Positions 31,483-40,842 of a stretch of DNA of 64,000 nucleotides are shown one piece after another (the first letter of the stretch is position 1; every line of letters starts with the position of its first letter). The position numbers and the translations under genes are program-made. The notes under the pieces are model-generated. The model was not told the origin of the DNA and made no database searches. It saw only the letters and a program-made list of their open reading frames with translations. The DNA lies in assembly GCA_040878325.1 (NCBI GenBank), contig JBBDMM010000001.1, positions 62,001 through 126,000 of the forward strand, in the 5' to 3' direction. The DNA comes from Acidimicrobiia bacterium. Its GTDB lineage: Bacteria > Actinomycetota > Acidimicrobiia > Spongiisociales > UBA11373.

Positions 31483-31557
31483 GGGCGCTTAGCTCAGCGG
31501 CAGAGCGCTGCCTTCACACGGCAGAGGTCACTGGTTCAATCCCAGTAGCGCCCACCA
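31483..31557 (+). tRNA. tRNA-Val(CAC)
   Basis: Cloverleaf: acceptor GGGCGCT/AGCGCCC, D-arm GCTC/GAGC, anticodon arm CTGCC-TT CAC AC-GGCAG, T-arm ACTGG-TTCAATC-CCAGT, encoded CCA; TACAAT -10 at 31465-31470. Confidence 0.97.
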
Positions 31558-31723
31558 CGCGAAACCCCAAATTTCATAAGGGATTTTAGTGCCCGCTTCA
31601 CACTGCCAAACGAAATCGAACGGCAGCTTGGCCGCATCGCAGACATCCTCAGCGACCTCTGCCGGGTCTACTACCCCCTCCGCTTGGACGACGTCACCCT
31701 CGGGGCCACAACGTGCTGACCTA

Positions 31724-31745
31724 CTCAAACCCACCTCAAACCCAC
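31724..31745. repeat. Perfect 11-bp tandem direct repeat (CTCAAACCCAC)x2, possible integrase arm-type sites
   Basis: Exact duplication between the tRNA and its relic copy; related AAAACCCAC near 31765. Confidence 0.7.
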
Positions 31746-31835
31746 TCACCCCACCTACACGAAGAAAACCCACACCGCATATAGGGATTCGGGGGGAAGT
31801 GGCTTCTGACCTGGGGTTATGCGAATGGGCCTGTT

Positions 31836-31879
31836 CTTCCCTGACACGGAAGAGGTCACTGGTTCGATAGCGCCCACCA
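31836..31879 (+). mobile_element. att-like relic: degenerate 3' part of a tRNA-Val(GAC)
   Basis: CTTCC-CT GAC AC-GGAAG AGGTC ACTGG TTCGAT [CCCAGT missing] AGCGCCCACCA; no 5' acceptor strand or D-arm. Confidence 0.75.
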
Positions 31880-32116
31880 GTAAGACCCCTTGTCGCTGTT
31901 GGGTCCAGTCCCTCTCCGACCACGGCGCGATTACCTACGTTCAAGTACCAGGCCGCCTGAAACCGCGAGGGGTCCTGATCGGCAATCACCGTTGTCCCTC
32001 CTTGAAACCCGAAGCGTGCGGCTGTCACCCACCGCTGATCCAACCGCGACCAGCACGGGGTCTCCTGCTGCTTCGGCCTGTAGCGCCGGCACCGGGCGAA
32101 CCCGGAAGCGCTGCGC

Positions 32117-34546
32117 TCAGGCCTGGTCAAGGGCGAGGTCGATCGTCTGCTCTACGGTCAGAGTCCGGCCCTGCTCCCACGCGGCAGTGAACGCCGCATC
32201 ATCGAGCCGAACTCGCACAGCAGCAAGGGTTCGGTCCCTCCTCGCGATGAGGTACTCCCGACTGCCACCGGTCCTCTCGCGAATCGCCTCGGCCGAGGAG
32301 AGGAGTCGGGTGGCTGTTGTCGCGTGCCCTTCGGCGGCGAGGATCTCGGCTATCTGCATAAGGATGGCGGCCAGCGTGAGTGGCTCGTTTAGCTCAAGGG
32401 TAAGGCGTACGGACTCCCGGAGCATCGCGTAGGCGTCCGCAAACCGCTCTTCCCGCAACGCGTGGGTTGCCAAGCTTGAGAGTGGGTCGAGCTCCATCCG
32501 CCGGTTGCCCGCGGCGCGGGCTCTGACGAGGTTCTCCTCCATGAGGGCTCGTTCGCGCGCGAGGTCACCGAGGTCCCCATACGCCCAGGCCAGGCTGTTG
32601 TTCACGAGCATGATGTAGTGCTCGTCGCCGAGGCTCTCGAAGAGGCGGGCACTTTCCTCGAGAAGTGGCAAGCCCTCTGCGGACTCAGGTATGAACCCGA
32701 GCATGAACAGAGAGTTGGCGATGCCCCATTCGTCATCGAGGCTGCGATGCAGGGCCAAGGCCTCCTCGGCATAGACCCGCGCTGCGGCGGCGTCGCCTCC
32801 CTCGCCCTCCATTGCGGTCGCCCCGTTGAGGGCGCGAGCCCGTGCTGGCGTCGGGGCGGGGTCGGCGGCGAGGGCGATCTGGAGGCGGTGGCGGCCTTCC
32901 GTGTAGTGCCCACGTTGGTACCAGTACTTCCACAGCGCTCCAGCGAGCTGCAGGGAGAGCTGAGTGGCGCCGCCACTCTGGAGGCGGTCGAGGGCAGCTC
33001 GAAAGTTGTCGTATTCGGCCTCGAGCCGGTCGGTCCACTGCCTGGGGTTGCCGGTGAGATGCGGATACGCCTCCTCGGCCAGAGCCAAGAAGTGCTCGGC
33101 GTGGCGCCGCCGCGCCCACTCTGCCTCGTTCGACGTATCGAGTCGCTCGACGGCGTAGTCGCGAATCGTCTCCAGCATCCAGAACCGCGGTCCGGTGCGA
33201 CGGACCAGGCTCTTGTCGACCAGGGACTGGAGCACGTCGAGATCGGCCTCGGCGACAAGTTCGGCCGCCTCCAGTGTCCAGCCGCCTCGAAACACGGCGA
33301 GGCGGGCGAACAGCCGTTGCTCCGCTTCGGAGAGCAGCTCGTGAGACCACTCGAGCGTCGCCCGCAGAGTGCGCTGGCGGGGATCGGAATCCCGTCCTCC
33401 CTTCAATAGGTCGAGCCGTCCCGTAAGCCTCTCGAGGATCTGTCCCGGCGTAAGCACGCTGGTCCGGGCCGCGGCCAGCTCGACCGCCAGGGGGAGGTTC
33501 TCGAGCGCGCCACAGAGTCGATGGATCGTGTCGTCGGCTTCTACTCCCGCCCGGGAGCAGAACAGATCGACTGCTTCGGTCTCGGCGAGTGGAAGCACCG
33601 GATATTCGACCTCACCCCTGATCCGGAGCAGCTCCCGACTCGTAGCCAGCATGCGCAGTCTGGGGCAGGCTTCGATCAGGGCCGAGAGCTGCGGGGCCGC
33701 GGCCACCACTTGCTCCAGGTTGTCGATCACCACCAGCAGCTGCCGATCCCCGATGTGGCCCGCCAGGTCGTCCCGGGTCCCCAGGGTCTGGGCGATGGTG
33801 TCGGGCACCAGGGCGGGGTCGCGCAGCGCGGCAAGTCCAACCCAGAACACCCCAGCGGCGAATTCGGGCACCAGTTGGGTGGCAGCCTCGATCGCCAGGC
33901 GGGTCTTTCCCGATCCGCCTGGTCCGGTCAGGGTGAGCAGCCGGGCTCCGTTCCCTAACAACGCCGCCACCTCGGACACCTCCCGCTCTCTGCCGACGAA
34001 TGAGCTGGCCGGTCGGGGCAGGTTGGTGTTCGAGATCGTCTTCAGCGGCGGGAAACTTTGCGAACCGAGCTGAAAGATCGCCACCGGGTGGTCGAAGTCC
34101 TTGAGTCGGTGCTCGCCGAGGGAGGTGACCTCGACCGAAACCAGCTCCCGGGTCGCCCTGGAGAGCAGCACCTGGCCCCCATGTCCTGCGGCCGCGATCC
34201 GGGCCGTCAGGTGCACGTCGGCCCCGGTGTAGTCGCCGTCGGCCACCAGCGGGGCTCCGGTGTGCAGGCCCATCCGTACCTGCATCGAGCTTTCCGCCAA
34301 TGCCTGCTGGCTTTCTCGGGCCGCCTCCACTGCTCCCGAGGCGGTGGGGAAGGCCACGAAAAAGGAGTCTCCTGCAGTGCTCACCTCGACGCCGCCGTGG
34401 TGGACGAAGGCCTCCCGCAGCATGCCGCGGTGCTCCTCGAGGGCCTGGGCATATGCCGGCAGCCCCATCAAAGCCAGCAGCTTGGTGGAGCCCTCGATGT
34501 CGGTGAACAGGAGGGTGACCGTTCCCTCAGGAAGAACGACGCTCAA
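32117..34546 (-). CDS. Class III cyclase-like + P-loop (STAND-type) ATPase + TPR protein
   Basis: LLFTDIEGST, GDSFF, RMGLHTG; TNLP..SSFVGRE, GPGGSGKTRLA, DNLEQ, TSRE, LPLAVELAAAR; helical repeats; TTG 34546 follows GGAGG. Confidence 0.9.
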   Translation of the reverse strand: MSVVLPEGTVTLLFTDIEGSTKLLALMGLPAYAQALEEHRGMLREAFVHHGGVEVSTAGDSFFVAFPTASGAVEAARESQQALAESSMQVRMGLHTGAPLVADGDYTGADVHLTARIAAAGHGGQVLLSRATRELVSVEVTSLGEHRLKDFDHPVAIFQLGSQSFPPLKTISNTNLPRPASSFVGREREVSEVAALLGNGARLLTLTGPGGSGKTRLAIEAATQLVPEFAAGVFWVGLAALRDPALVPDTIAQTLGTRDDLAGHIGDRQLLVVIDNLEQVVAAAPQLSALIEACPRLRMLATSRELLRIRGEVEYPVLPLAETEAVDLFCSRAGVEADDTIHRLCGALENLPLAVELAAARTSVLTPGQILERLTGRLDLLKGGRDSDPRQRTLRATLEWSHELLSEAEQRLFARLAVFRGGWTLEAAELVAEADLDVLQSLVDKSLVRRTGPRFWMLETIRDYAVERLDTSNEAEWARRRHAEHFLALAEEAYPHLTGNPRQWTDRLEAEYDNFRAALDRLQSGGATQLSLQLAGALWKYWYQRGHYTEGRHRLQIALAADPAPTPARARALNGATAMEGEGGDAAAARVYAEEALALHRSLDDEWGIANSLFMLGFIPESAEGLPLLEESARLFESLGDEHYIMLVNNSLAWAYGDLGDLARERALMEENLVRARAAGNRRMELDPLSSLATHALREERFADAYAMLRESVRLTLELNEPLTLAAILMQIAEILAAEGHATTATRLLSSAEAIRERTGGSREYLIARRDRTLAAVRVRLDDAAFTAAWEQGRTLTVEQTIDLALDQA

Positions 34547-34682
34547 ATTCTGCCTCCAGTTCGGATCGTACCGCCCTGACCGCGCCAAGCCCGGGGTGAC
34601 GGACAGCCGCGGAACCGAGTCGCGGAGTCACCGCCACGCACGGGTCGACTCCACATCGAGGCTCGTCGGCCTTATGGCTTCG

Positions 34683-34802
34683 CTACACGACTCCCTCGGC
34701 GCGGGCGGCGGCGGCGAGCACCCGCCTGGTGCCAGCGACGTTGACCTCGAGACGTCCCGGGTCGCACATCGCCACCTCGCCGGCGACGTGGAACAGGGTG
34801 AC
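34683..34802 (-). pseudogene. Internal fragment of an NAD-dependent epimerase/dehydratase
   Basis: LFHVAGEVAMCDPGRLEVNVAGTRRVLAAAARAEGV, lacking both the N-terminal GxxGxxG motif and the C-terminus. Confidence 0.6.
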
Positions 34803-34811
34803 TTTCGTCGA

Positions 34812-34871
34812 GAGAATCGGTCGGTAAACGGAACCAACCTCTACGTCGACGGCGGATGGATGCTGATGTGA
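34812..34871 (+). pseudogene. C-terminal remnant of an SDR oxidoreductase
   Basis: ENRSVNGTNLYVDGGWMLM*, the typical SDR terminal motif; its TGA overlaps the GTG of the next gene. Confidence 0.6.
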
Positions 34872-35533
34872 TCCACGGAGGGACCCCCGCAGCAAGAGAC
34901 TCCGACGACGGCCCGAACCACCACCTCGACGGAATCGGACAGCGGCTCCGCGACGAGCGGGTCAAGGCGGGTCTGAGCCAACGCGAATTGGCTCGCCGCA
35001 TCGGCCTGTCCGCCAGCCTCATCTCTCAACTGGAGTCGGGTCAATCGAACCCGTCGGTCGGGACTCTCTACGCGATCGTCACCGAACTGGACATCTCCCT
35101 CGACCGGGTGATGCGTGGTGAGGAGTACGTCGAAGGAAGCAACGGCAGCGCACCCCGCGATCCCGAACACCACCCGGTCGTCAGACCCGCCGAGCGGAAG
35201 GCGGTCGAGCTGGTGTCGGGCGTGCGGTGGGAGCAGCTCTCGGTGGGCCCCGACGACGACATCGACTTTCTCCACGTCATATACGAGGTCGGCGGGTCGT
35301 CGACGCCCGACGAATCCTTGATGCGACACCACGGACGCGAGTACGGGTTCATCATCTCGGGGACCCTCGGCGTGCAGATCGGCTTCGAGGAGCACCGCCT
35401 CGAACCGGGAGACGCCATCGGCTTCGACTCCACCCGCCCCCACCGCCTGTTCAACCTCGGCGACGAGCCAGTGCACGGCATCTGGTTCGTCGTGGGGTTG
35501 GTCCTCGGCCGGGACGACACCCCGGCCTCCTGA
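34868..35533 (+). CDS. XRE-family HTH regulator with cupin domain
   Basis: IGQRLRDER...LSQRELARRIGLSASLISQLESGQSNPSVGTL; HHGREYG...GDAIGFDSTRPHRL.N; alternative start ATG 34856. Confidence 0.92.
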   Translation: MIHGGTPAARDSDDGPNHHLDGIGQRLRDERVKAGLSQRELARRIGLSASLISQLESGQSNPSVGTLYAIVTELDISLDRVMRGEEYVEGSNGSAPRDPEHHPVVRPAERKAVELVSGVRWEQLSVGPDDDIDFLHVIYEVGGSSTPDESLMRHHGREYGFIISGTLGVQIGFEEHRLEPGDAIGFDSTRPHRLFNLGDEPVHGIWFVVGLVLGRDDTPAS

Positions 35534-35600
35534 CGAACGGACGCGTCTTCCACTCCGGTCCAGTTACCATGCCGCCCAGTCGAGGGGCGGGAACCCAACC

Positions 35601-36335
35601 TTGGAGCGGCCGGTCTACGAGGGCAAGGCAAAGCGAGTCGTCTCGCAGCCTGATGGCACCGCGCACATCTATTACAAGGATGACGCCACTGCGTTCAACG
35701 GCCAGCGGCACGAGCAGTTCGAGGGGAAGGGCACCCTCAACAGCCAGATCACCGAACGCCTCTTCGGGTACTTGACCGGCCAGGGCATTCCCACGCACCA
35801 CATCGGCCGCATCGACGACCGGACCCTCGCGGCCAAGTTCGTCGAGATCATCCCCATCGAATCCGTCGTCCGCTACAAGGTGGCCGGGAGCCTCGGCAAG
35901 CGAACCGGACTCGATCACCTCGCCGAATGCGACCCCCCGGTCATCGAGATGTACTTCAAGCGCGACGATCTCGGCGATCCCTTGATCAACGATGACCATG
36001 TGCGCCTCCTCGACCTGGCGACCCCGGAAGAGGTCGCCTGGCTGCGGGCGATGTCCCGCCGAGCCGCCGACGCCCTGCGCGACCTATTCTTCAAGGCGGG
36101 GGTTGACCTGGTCGACCTCAAGTTCGAGTTCGGCAGGACCGCCGACGGCGAACTGGTTCTCGCCGACGAGGTCTCCCCCGACACCTGCCGGTTCCGCGAC
36201 CTGGCGACCGGGGAGATCCTCGACAAGGACCTATTCCGCTTCGATGAGGGCGATCTCCTCGCCGGATACCGCAAGCTCCTCGCCCACCTCGACCGCGCCC
36301 TTGCCGCGGAACCGGGTGCCAGTGTTCAGAGTTGA
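35601..36335 (+). CDS. purC: SAICAR synthetase
   Basis: YEGKAK, KDDATAFNG, GKG.LN, LVDLKFEFG, LADEVSPDTCRF, DKDLFR. Confidence 0.96.
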   Translation: MERPVYEGKAKRVVSQPDGTAHIYYKDDATAFNGQRHEQFEGKGTLNSQITERLFGYLTGQGIPTHHIGRIDDRTLAAKFVEIIPIESVVRYKVAGSLGKRTGLDHLAECDPPVIEMYFKRDDLGDPLINDDHVRLLDLATPEEVAWLRAMSRRAADALRDLFFKAGVDLVDLKFEFGRTADGELVLADEVSPDTCRFRDLATGEILDKDLFRFDEGDLLAGYRKLLAHLDRALAAEPGASVQS

Positions 36336-36573
36336 ACTGGCGGTCCGCCCCCGCCCCGGCGTCAAGGACCCGCAGGCGGAGGCAGTTCAGGAGAGCCTCG
36401 CCCGCCTTGGCCATGACGGGGTGACCGTGGATTCCGTCGGCCGGTCGCTGTCCCTCACGATCGATTGCCCTTCCGCCGAGGAGGCCGAGCGGATCACCGC
36501 TGACCTCTGCGAACAGCTGCTGGTCAACCCGAACCTGGAGACCTACACGGTGTCGATCGCGGGTTCGACGTGA
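36316..36573 (+). CDS. purS: FGAM synthase subunit PurS
   Basis: RPGVKDPQAEAV...LCEQLLVNPNLETY; start is GTG 36316 or 36322. Confidence 0.92.
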   Translation: MPVFRVELAVRPRPGVKDPQAEAVQESLARLGHDGVTVDSVGRSLSLTIDCPSAEEAERITADLCEQLLVNPNLETYTVSIAGST

Positions 36574-37301
36574 GCGGCCCGCGGGCAGCCGTCATCGTTT
36601 TCCCCGGCTCCAACGGGGACCGCGACCTCCTCGAGACACTTCGCACCGCCGGATTCGACGCCTTTCCCCACCCTTCGGGACGCGCACTGCCGGAAGACGT
36701 CGTCCTCGCCGGACTTCCCGGAGGCTTCTCGTTCGGCGACTACTGGAGGGCGGGGATGCTTGCCAGCCAGGAGCCGGCGGTGCGCAGCCTCGACCATCTC
36801 GTCGATCGGGGCGGACTGGTGATCGGACTCTGCAATGGCTTCCAGATCCTCGTCGAGGCCGGGCTGCTTCCCGGGGCGCTGTCCTACAACGACCCTGCTG
36901 GGTTCCGTCATCGATGGGTCACGCTCGAGTGCGCCTTCGACTCCAGCAGCCCGTGGTTCGAGGCCGTGCCCGCAGGCTCCAGGCTGCGTATGCCGATCGC
37001 CCACGGCGAGGGCTCCTACTTCCACCCTGGGGGATTCGACGCGGTCGCCGCGCATGCCCCGCTGCTCTACGAGGACAACCCCAACGGCTCCGTGGGCGGC
37101 GTGGCGGCGCTCCTCGACGCTACCGGCCGGGTGCTGGGGATAATGCCCCACCCCGAGCGTGCCTCGGATCCCGACCTCGGCAGTGGCGACGGGCTCCGGC
37201 TGTTCCAAGGCGCCTTCGGCGCCGCCTCCAGCCTCCAGCCTCCAGCCTCCAGCAAGAACGCGCCAAGCGTCCTAGTCGGCAAGACGGGAGGCGGGTCTTG
37301 A
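36570..37301 (+). CDS. purQ: FGAM synthase glutaminase subunit PurQ
   Basis: FPGSNGDRD, PGGFSFGDY, GLCNGFQIL, PIAHGEG, MPHPER. Confidence 0.96.
   Translation: MSGPRAAVIVFPGSNGDRDLLETLRTAGFDAFPHPSGRALPEDVVLAGLPGGFSFGDYWRAGMLASQEPAVRSLDHLVDRGGLVIGLCNGFQILVEAGLLPGALSYNDPAGFRHRWVTLECAFDSSSPWFEAVPAGSRLRMPIAHGEGSYFHPGGFDAVAAHAPLLYEDNPNGSVGGVAALLDATGRVLGIMPHPERASDPDLGSGDGLRLFQGAFGAASSLQPPASSKNAPSVLVGKTGGGS
37224..37257 (+). repeat. (GCCTCCA)x4 + GCAAGA inside the purQ 3' end
   Basis: Perfect tandem at 37224-37251, then GCAAGA. Confidence 0.9.
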
Positions 37302-39475
37302 CGCTTTCAACCGAGAACTCGGCACGCGAGATCGGGTTGGCGATGGGGCTCACCGAGGCCGAACTCGACCACATCGTCGCCGAGTTGGGACGCGAGCCGA
37401 ACCGGGTGGAACTGGCGGTGTTCGCCGGCATGTGGAGTGAGCATTGCTCCTACAAGTCCACGAAGGCATTGCTGGCGACCCTCCCCACGACGGGACCGGG
37501 TGTCCTGGCAGGCCCGGGAGCCCACGCCGGTACGGTCGATATCGGCGACGGATGGGCGATCGCCTTCAAGATCGAGAGCCACAATCACCCGAGCGCAGTC
37601 GAGCCGTATCAGGGAGCAGCAACCGGGGTGGGTGGAATTCTCCGCGACGTCGTCGCCCAGGGCGCCCGCCCGGTAGCCGTCATGGACGCGCTCTGCTTCG
37701 GTGACCCGGCCTCCCCCCGCACCCGATGGCTCCGGGACGGGGTCATCGGCGGCATCGGCGGCTACGGCAATTCGTACGGGGTGCCCAATATCGGCGGCCT
37801 CACGGTCTACGACTCCGGCTATGAGGGGAACCCACTCGTCAATGCCCTCGCCGCCGGGTTGGTCCGCCACGAGGGGATGCGTACCGCAGCCGCCACCGGC
37901 CCGGGCAACGCCGTGCTCGTCGTCGGCGCCACCACCGGGCGCGACGGCATCCTCGGCGCGGCCTTTGCGTCAGAGGAGCTCGGCGAGCACCACGAGCACA
38001 CCGCGCGCCGATCGCACGTCCAGGTGGGCGACCCGTTCATGGGCAAGAAGCTGATGGAGGCGATGCTCTCGTTCGACGATGGGCTCGTCGCCTGCCAGGA
38101 CCTCGGAGCGTGTGGCATCGCCTGCGCCACCGCTGAGATGGCGGCCGCCGGCGGCACCGGCTTCGACATCGATCTCGACCTGGTGCCGCAGCGAGAGGCC
38201 GGCATGGAGCCCTTCGAGATCCTGCTGTCCGAGTCGCAGGAGCGCTTCATGCTGGTGGTTGCCGAGGGCCGCGCAGAAACCGCTCTCGCCCATTTCCGCG
38301 GCCACGGTGTCCACGCCGCGGTCTGCGGCACCGTCACCGACTCGGGCCAGATGCGGGTGCGCCACGACGGCGCGATCGTCGTCGACGTGCCCGCCGCCCT
38401 GGTGGCCGACGGCACCCCGCGCCAGGAGTGGGAGACAGGGACGCTCCCCGACCCGCGGCCGTACCCCGACTTTCCGATTCCGGACGACCTCGCCGCAGTG
38501 CTCATCCAACTGATCGCCCAACCAGGGATGGCCGATCATTCGCGGCTCTACGAGCGCTACGACCAGACCGTGGGGAATCGCACCATCCGCGGACCGGGCC
38601 AGGGCGAGGCGGCGGTGCAGAAGTTGCCCGGGTCGACGGCCGGCTACGCGATCAGCCTGGTGGGTGGCGGTGAACGCTGCGCCGTCGACCCCTACCTCGG
38701 CACCCAGGCGCTGCTCGGCGAAGCAGTTCGTAACCTCGGCTGCGTCGGAGCGAGGCCCGTCGCGGTCTCCGACGGGATCAACGCCGGGTCGCCTTCCGAT
38801 CCGGTCGAGTTCGCCCGCCTGGCGGCGTTGATCAAGGGTCTCGGCGACGGTCTCCGCTCACTCGACCTCCCGGTGACCGGTGGCAACTGCTCGCTGTACA
38901 ACGAGTCGCCCGCGGGGGCGATCCCCCCCACTCCGATGATCGGGGTCGTCGGCACCGTCGGAGACATCCGCCGCATACCCGCCGTTGCGATGGAGTCCGG
39001 CGAGGTCCTGCTTCTCGCTGGATCACCCCCCGGCGAGCAGGGTCATGCCGCCTACGGACGCATGATCACCGGATCGGCCGGACCTGCCCCCTCGGTCGAT
39101 CTCGCCGCCGACCAACGCCTCGCAGCATTCTTGGTGGGGCAGATCGCCGCCGGGAGGATTCGCGCGGCGAAGGACTCCGGGCGCGGAGGCCTCGCCGTCG
39201 CCCTCGCCAAACTCTGCATCCGCGGCGGCGTCGGCGCCGAGGTCGGGGGCGAGTGGGGTAGCCGACCCGACTGGGCGCTATTTGGCGAGGGGTCAGGGGC
39301 GGCGTGGATCACCACCCGAGCTGAGGACGCCGGAGCGGCGATCGCCGACGCGGCGACTGCAGGAGTTCCGGTGCAGCAGATGGGGGTAGTCGGCGGGAAC
39401 CGCCTCACGATCGGTGGCCTCATCGACCTCGGCGTCGGGGATCTGGCGACCGCCTACGCGAAGGAGCCGGCGTGA
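37298..39475 (+). CDS. purL: FGAM synthase subunit PurL
   Basis: MWSEHCSYKS, ESHNHPS, GAATGVGGILRD, QVGDPF, SESQER, GGNCSLYN; TTG 37298 follows GGGAGG. Confidence 0.96.
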   Translation: MTLSTENSAREIGLAMGLTEAELDHIVAELGREPNRVELAVFAGMWSEHCSYKSTKALLATLPTTGPGVLAGPGAHAGTVDIGDGWAIAFKIESHNHPSAVEPYQGAATGVGGILRDVVAQGARPVAVMDALCFGDPASPRTRWLRDGVIGGIGGYGNSYGVPNIGGLTVYDSGYEGNPLVNALAAGLVRHEGMRTAAATGPGNAVLVVGATTGRDGILGAAFASEELGEHHEHTARRSHVQVGDPFMGKKLMEAMLSFDDGLVACQDLGACGIACATAEMAAAGGTGFDIDLDLVPQREAGMEPFEILLSESQERFMLVVAEGRAETALAHFRGHGVHAAVCGTVTDSGQMRVRHDGAIVVDVPAALVADGTPRQEWETGTLPDPRPYPDFPIPDDLAAVLIQLIAQPGMADHSRLYERYDQTVGNRTIRGPGQGEAAVQKLPGSTAGYAISLVGGGERCAVDPYLGTQALLGEAVRNLGCVGARPVAVSDGINAGSPSDPVEFARLAALIKGLGDGLRSLDLPVTGGNCSLYNESPAGAIPPTPMIGVVGTVGDIRRIPAVAMESGEVLLLAGSPPGEQGHAAYGRMITGSAGPAPSVDLAADQRLAAFLVGQIAAGRIRAAKDSGRGGLAVALAKLCIRGGVGAEVGGEWGSRPDWALFGEGSGAAWITTRAEDAGAAIADAATAGVPVQQMGVVGGNRLTIGGLIDLGVGDLATAYAKEPA

Positions 39476-40842
39476 TCTCGGTCCCCCTCGACAAGCTGCG
39501 AGAGAACTGCGGAGTCGTCGCCGTCTACAACGTCGACGGTGCCGCCCCGCTGGTCCACCGAGCGCTCTTCGAGCTCCAGCACCGGGGGCAAGAGGCCGCG
39601 GGAATCGCTTCGACCGGAGCCGACGGCGAACTGCACACGGAAAAGGGCCAGGGCCTCATCGCCGATGCCTTGCCGTTCCATCGGATCGAAGCGATGGCGG
39701 GGACTCGAGCGGTGGGTCATTGTCGGTATTCGACCGTGGGACCGGAGCAGAACACCCAGCCGTTCATCGCCAACACCCCGTACGGCAAGATCGCCCTGGC
39801 GCACAACGGCAACATCAAGAACGCCGACGAGTTGCGCAAGAGTCTCGAGGCCGAAGGCTCCCTGGTGGCCACGTCGCTCGACACCGAGTTACTGGTGCAC
39901 CTCATCGCCCGGTCGCAAGCACCCGACTTCGCGGGCGCGCTCCGCTACATGGCAGAGCGGGCGGTCGGCGCATACTCGCTCACCATGCTGTGCAACGGCA
40001 CGATCTACGCCCTGCGCGACCCCAACGGGCTCCGCCCCCTCGTTCTCGGCGAGATGAAGGGCGGCTGGGTGATCGCCTCCGAGACCTGCGCTCTCGACGT
40101 CCTCCATGCGGAGCACGTCAAGGAGATCGCACCGGGTGAACTGGTGACGATCGGCCCGGAAGGGGTGACGACTCTCCAACTCCTCGAGCCCGCCCAACCG
40201 AGCCCGTGCGTGTTCGAGCTGGTCTACTTCTCGCGTCCCAACTCGACGGTGTTCGGCCAATCGGTCAACAGTGCGCGGATCCGGATGGGAATGGAGCTGG
40301 CGGTTGCCGACGAGGAGTCCGGCTCACCGCGGCCCGACGTGGTGATCCCGGTGCCCGACTCGGGTGTTCCCGCCGCCATCGGGTATTCGCGCCGCAGCGG
40401 GGTGCTGTACGAGAAGGCGATCCTCCGCAGCCACTACGTCGGCCGCACCTTCATCCTTCCGGACCAGGACTCGCGCACCGCTCAGATCGAACTCAAGCTC
40501 TCGGTGATCCGGGACGCAGTGCGGGGGATGCGGGTAATGCTCGTCGACGATTCGATCGTACGAGGCAACACCTCGCGCCAGATAGTCCAGATGGTGCGCG
40601 ACGCTGGTGCGTCCGAGGTCGTGATGCGCGTCGCCAGTCCTCCCCTTGCCTGGCCGTGCTATCTGGGGATCGACACCCCCAGCCGCGAGGAGCTGGTGAT
40701 CAACCGGGCAGGCTCGGTCGAACGGGTGGCCGACATGATCGGAGTAGACGACCTGCGCTACCTGTCGGTGGAGGGACTGCGCCGGGCCACCGGCAACGGG
40801 GAGTTCTGCATGGCGTGCATGACCGGGGACTACCCGGTGTGA
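39472..40842 (+). CDS. purF: Amidophosphoribosyltransferase (propeptide, Fe-S type)
   Basis: ENCGVV, LQHRGQE, GHCRYST, HNGN, VDDSIVRGNT, CMACMTGDYP. Confidence 0.97.
   Translation: MISVPLDKLRENCGVVAVYNVDGAAPLVHRALFELQHRGQEAAGIASTGADGELHTEKGQGLIADALPFHRIEAMAGTRAVGHCRYSTVGPEQNTQPFIANTPYGKIALAHNGNIKNADELRKSLEAEGSLVATSLDTELLVHLIARSQAPDFAGALRYMAERAVGAYSLTMLCNGTIYALRDPNGLRPLVLGEMKGGWVIASETCALDVLHAEHVKEIAPGELVTIGPEGVTTLQLLEPAQPSPCVFELVYFSRPNSTVFGQSVNSARIRMGMELAVADEESGSPRPDVVIPVPDSGVPAAIGYSRRSGVLYEKAILRSHYVGRTFILPDQDSRTAQIELKLSVIRDAVRGMRVMLVDDSIVRGNTSRQIVQMVRDAGASEVVMRVASPPLAWPCYLGIDTPSREELVINRAGSVERVADMIGVDDLRYLSVEGLRRATGNGEFCMACMTGDYPV

Noticed and set aside
31591..31719. Integrase pseudogene call from IERQLG
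   Set aside because: The expected His is absent (QLGR) and the fragment is too short to assign; kept only as context for the att scar
31836..31879. Second functional tRNA-Val(GAC)
   Set aside because: Lacks the 5' acceptor strand and D-arm, and the 3' T-stem strand is deleted
35534..35600. Purine/ZTP riboswitch upstream of purC
   Set aside because: Leader too short; only a 6-bp CCGCCC/GGGCGG hairpin is visible
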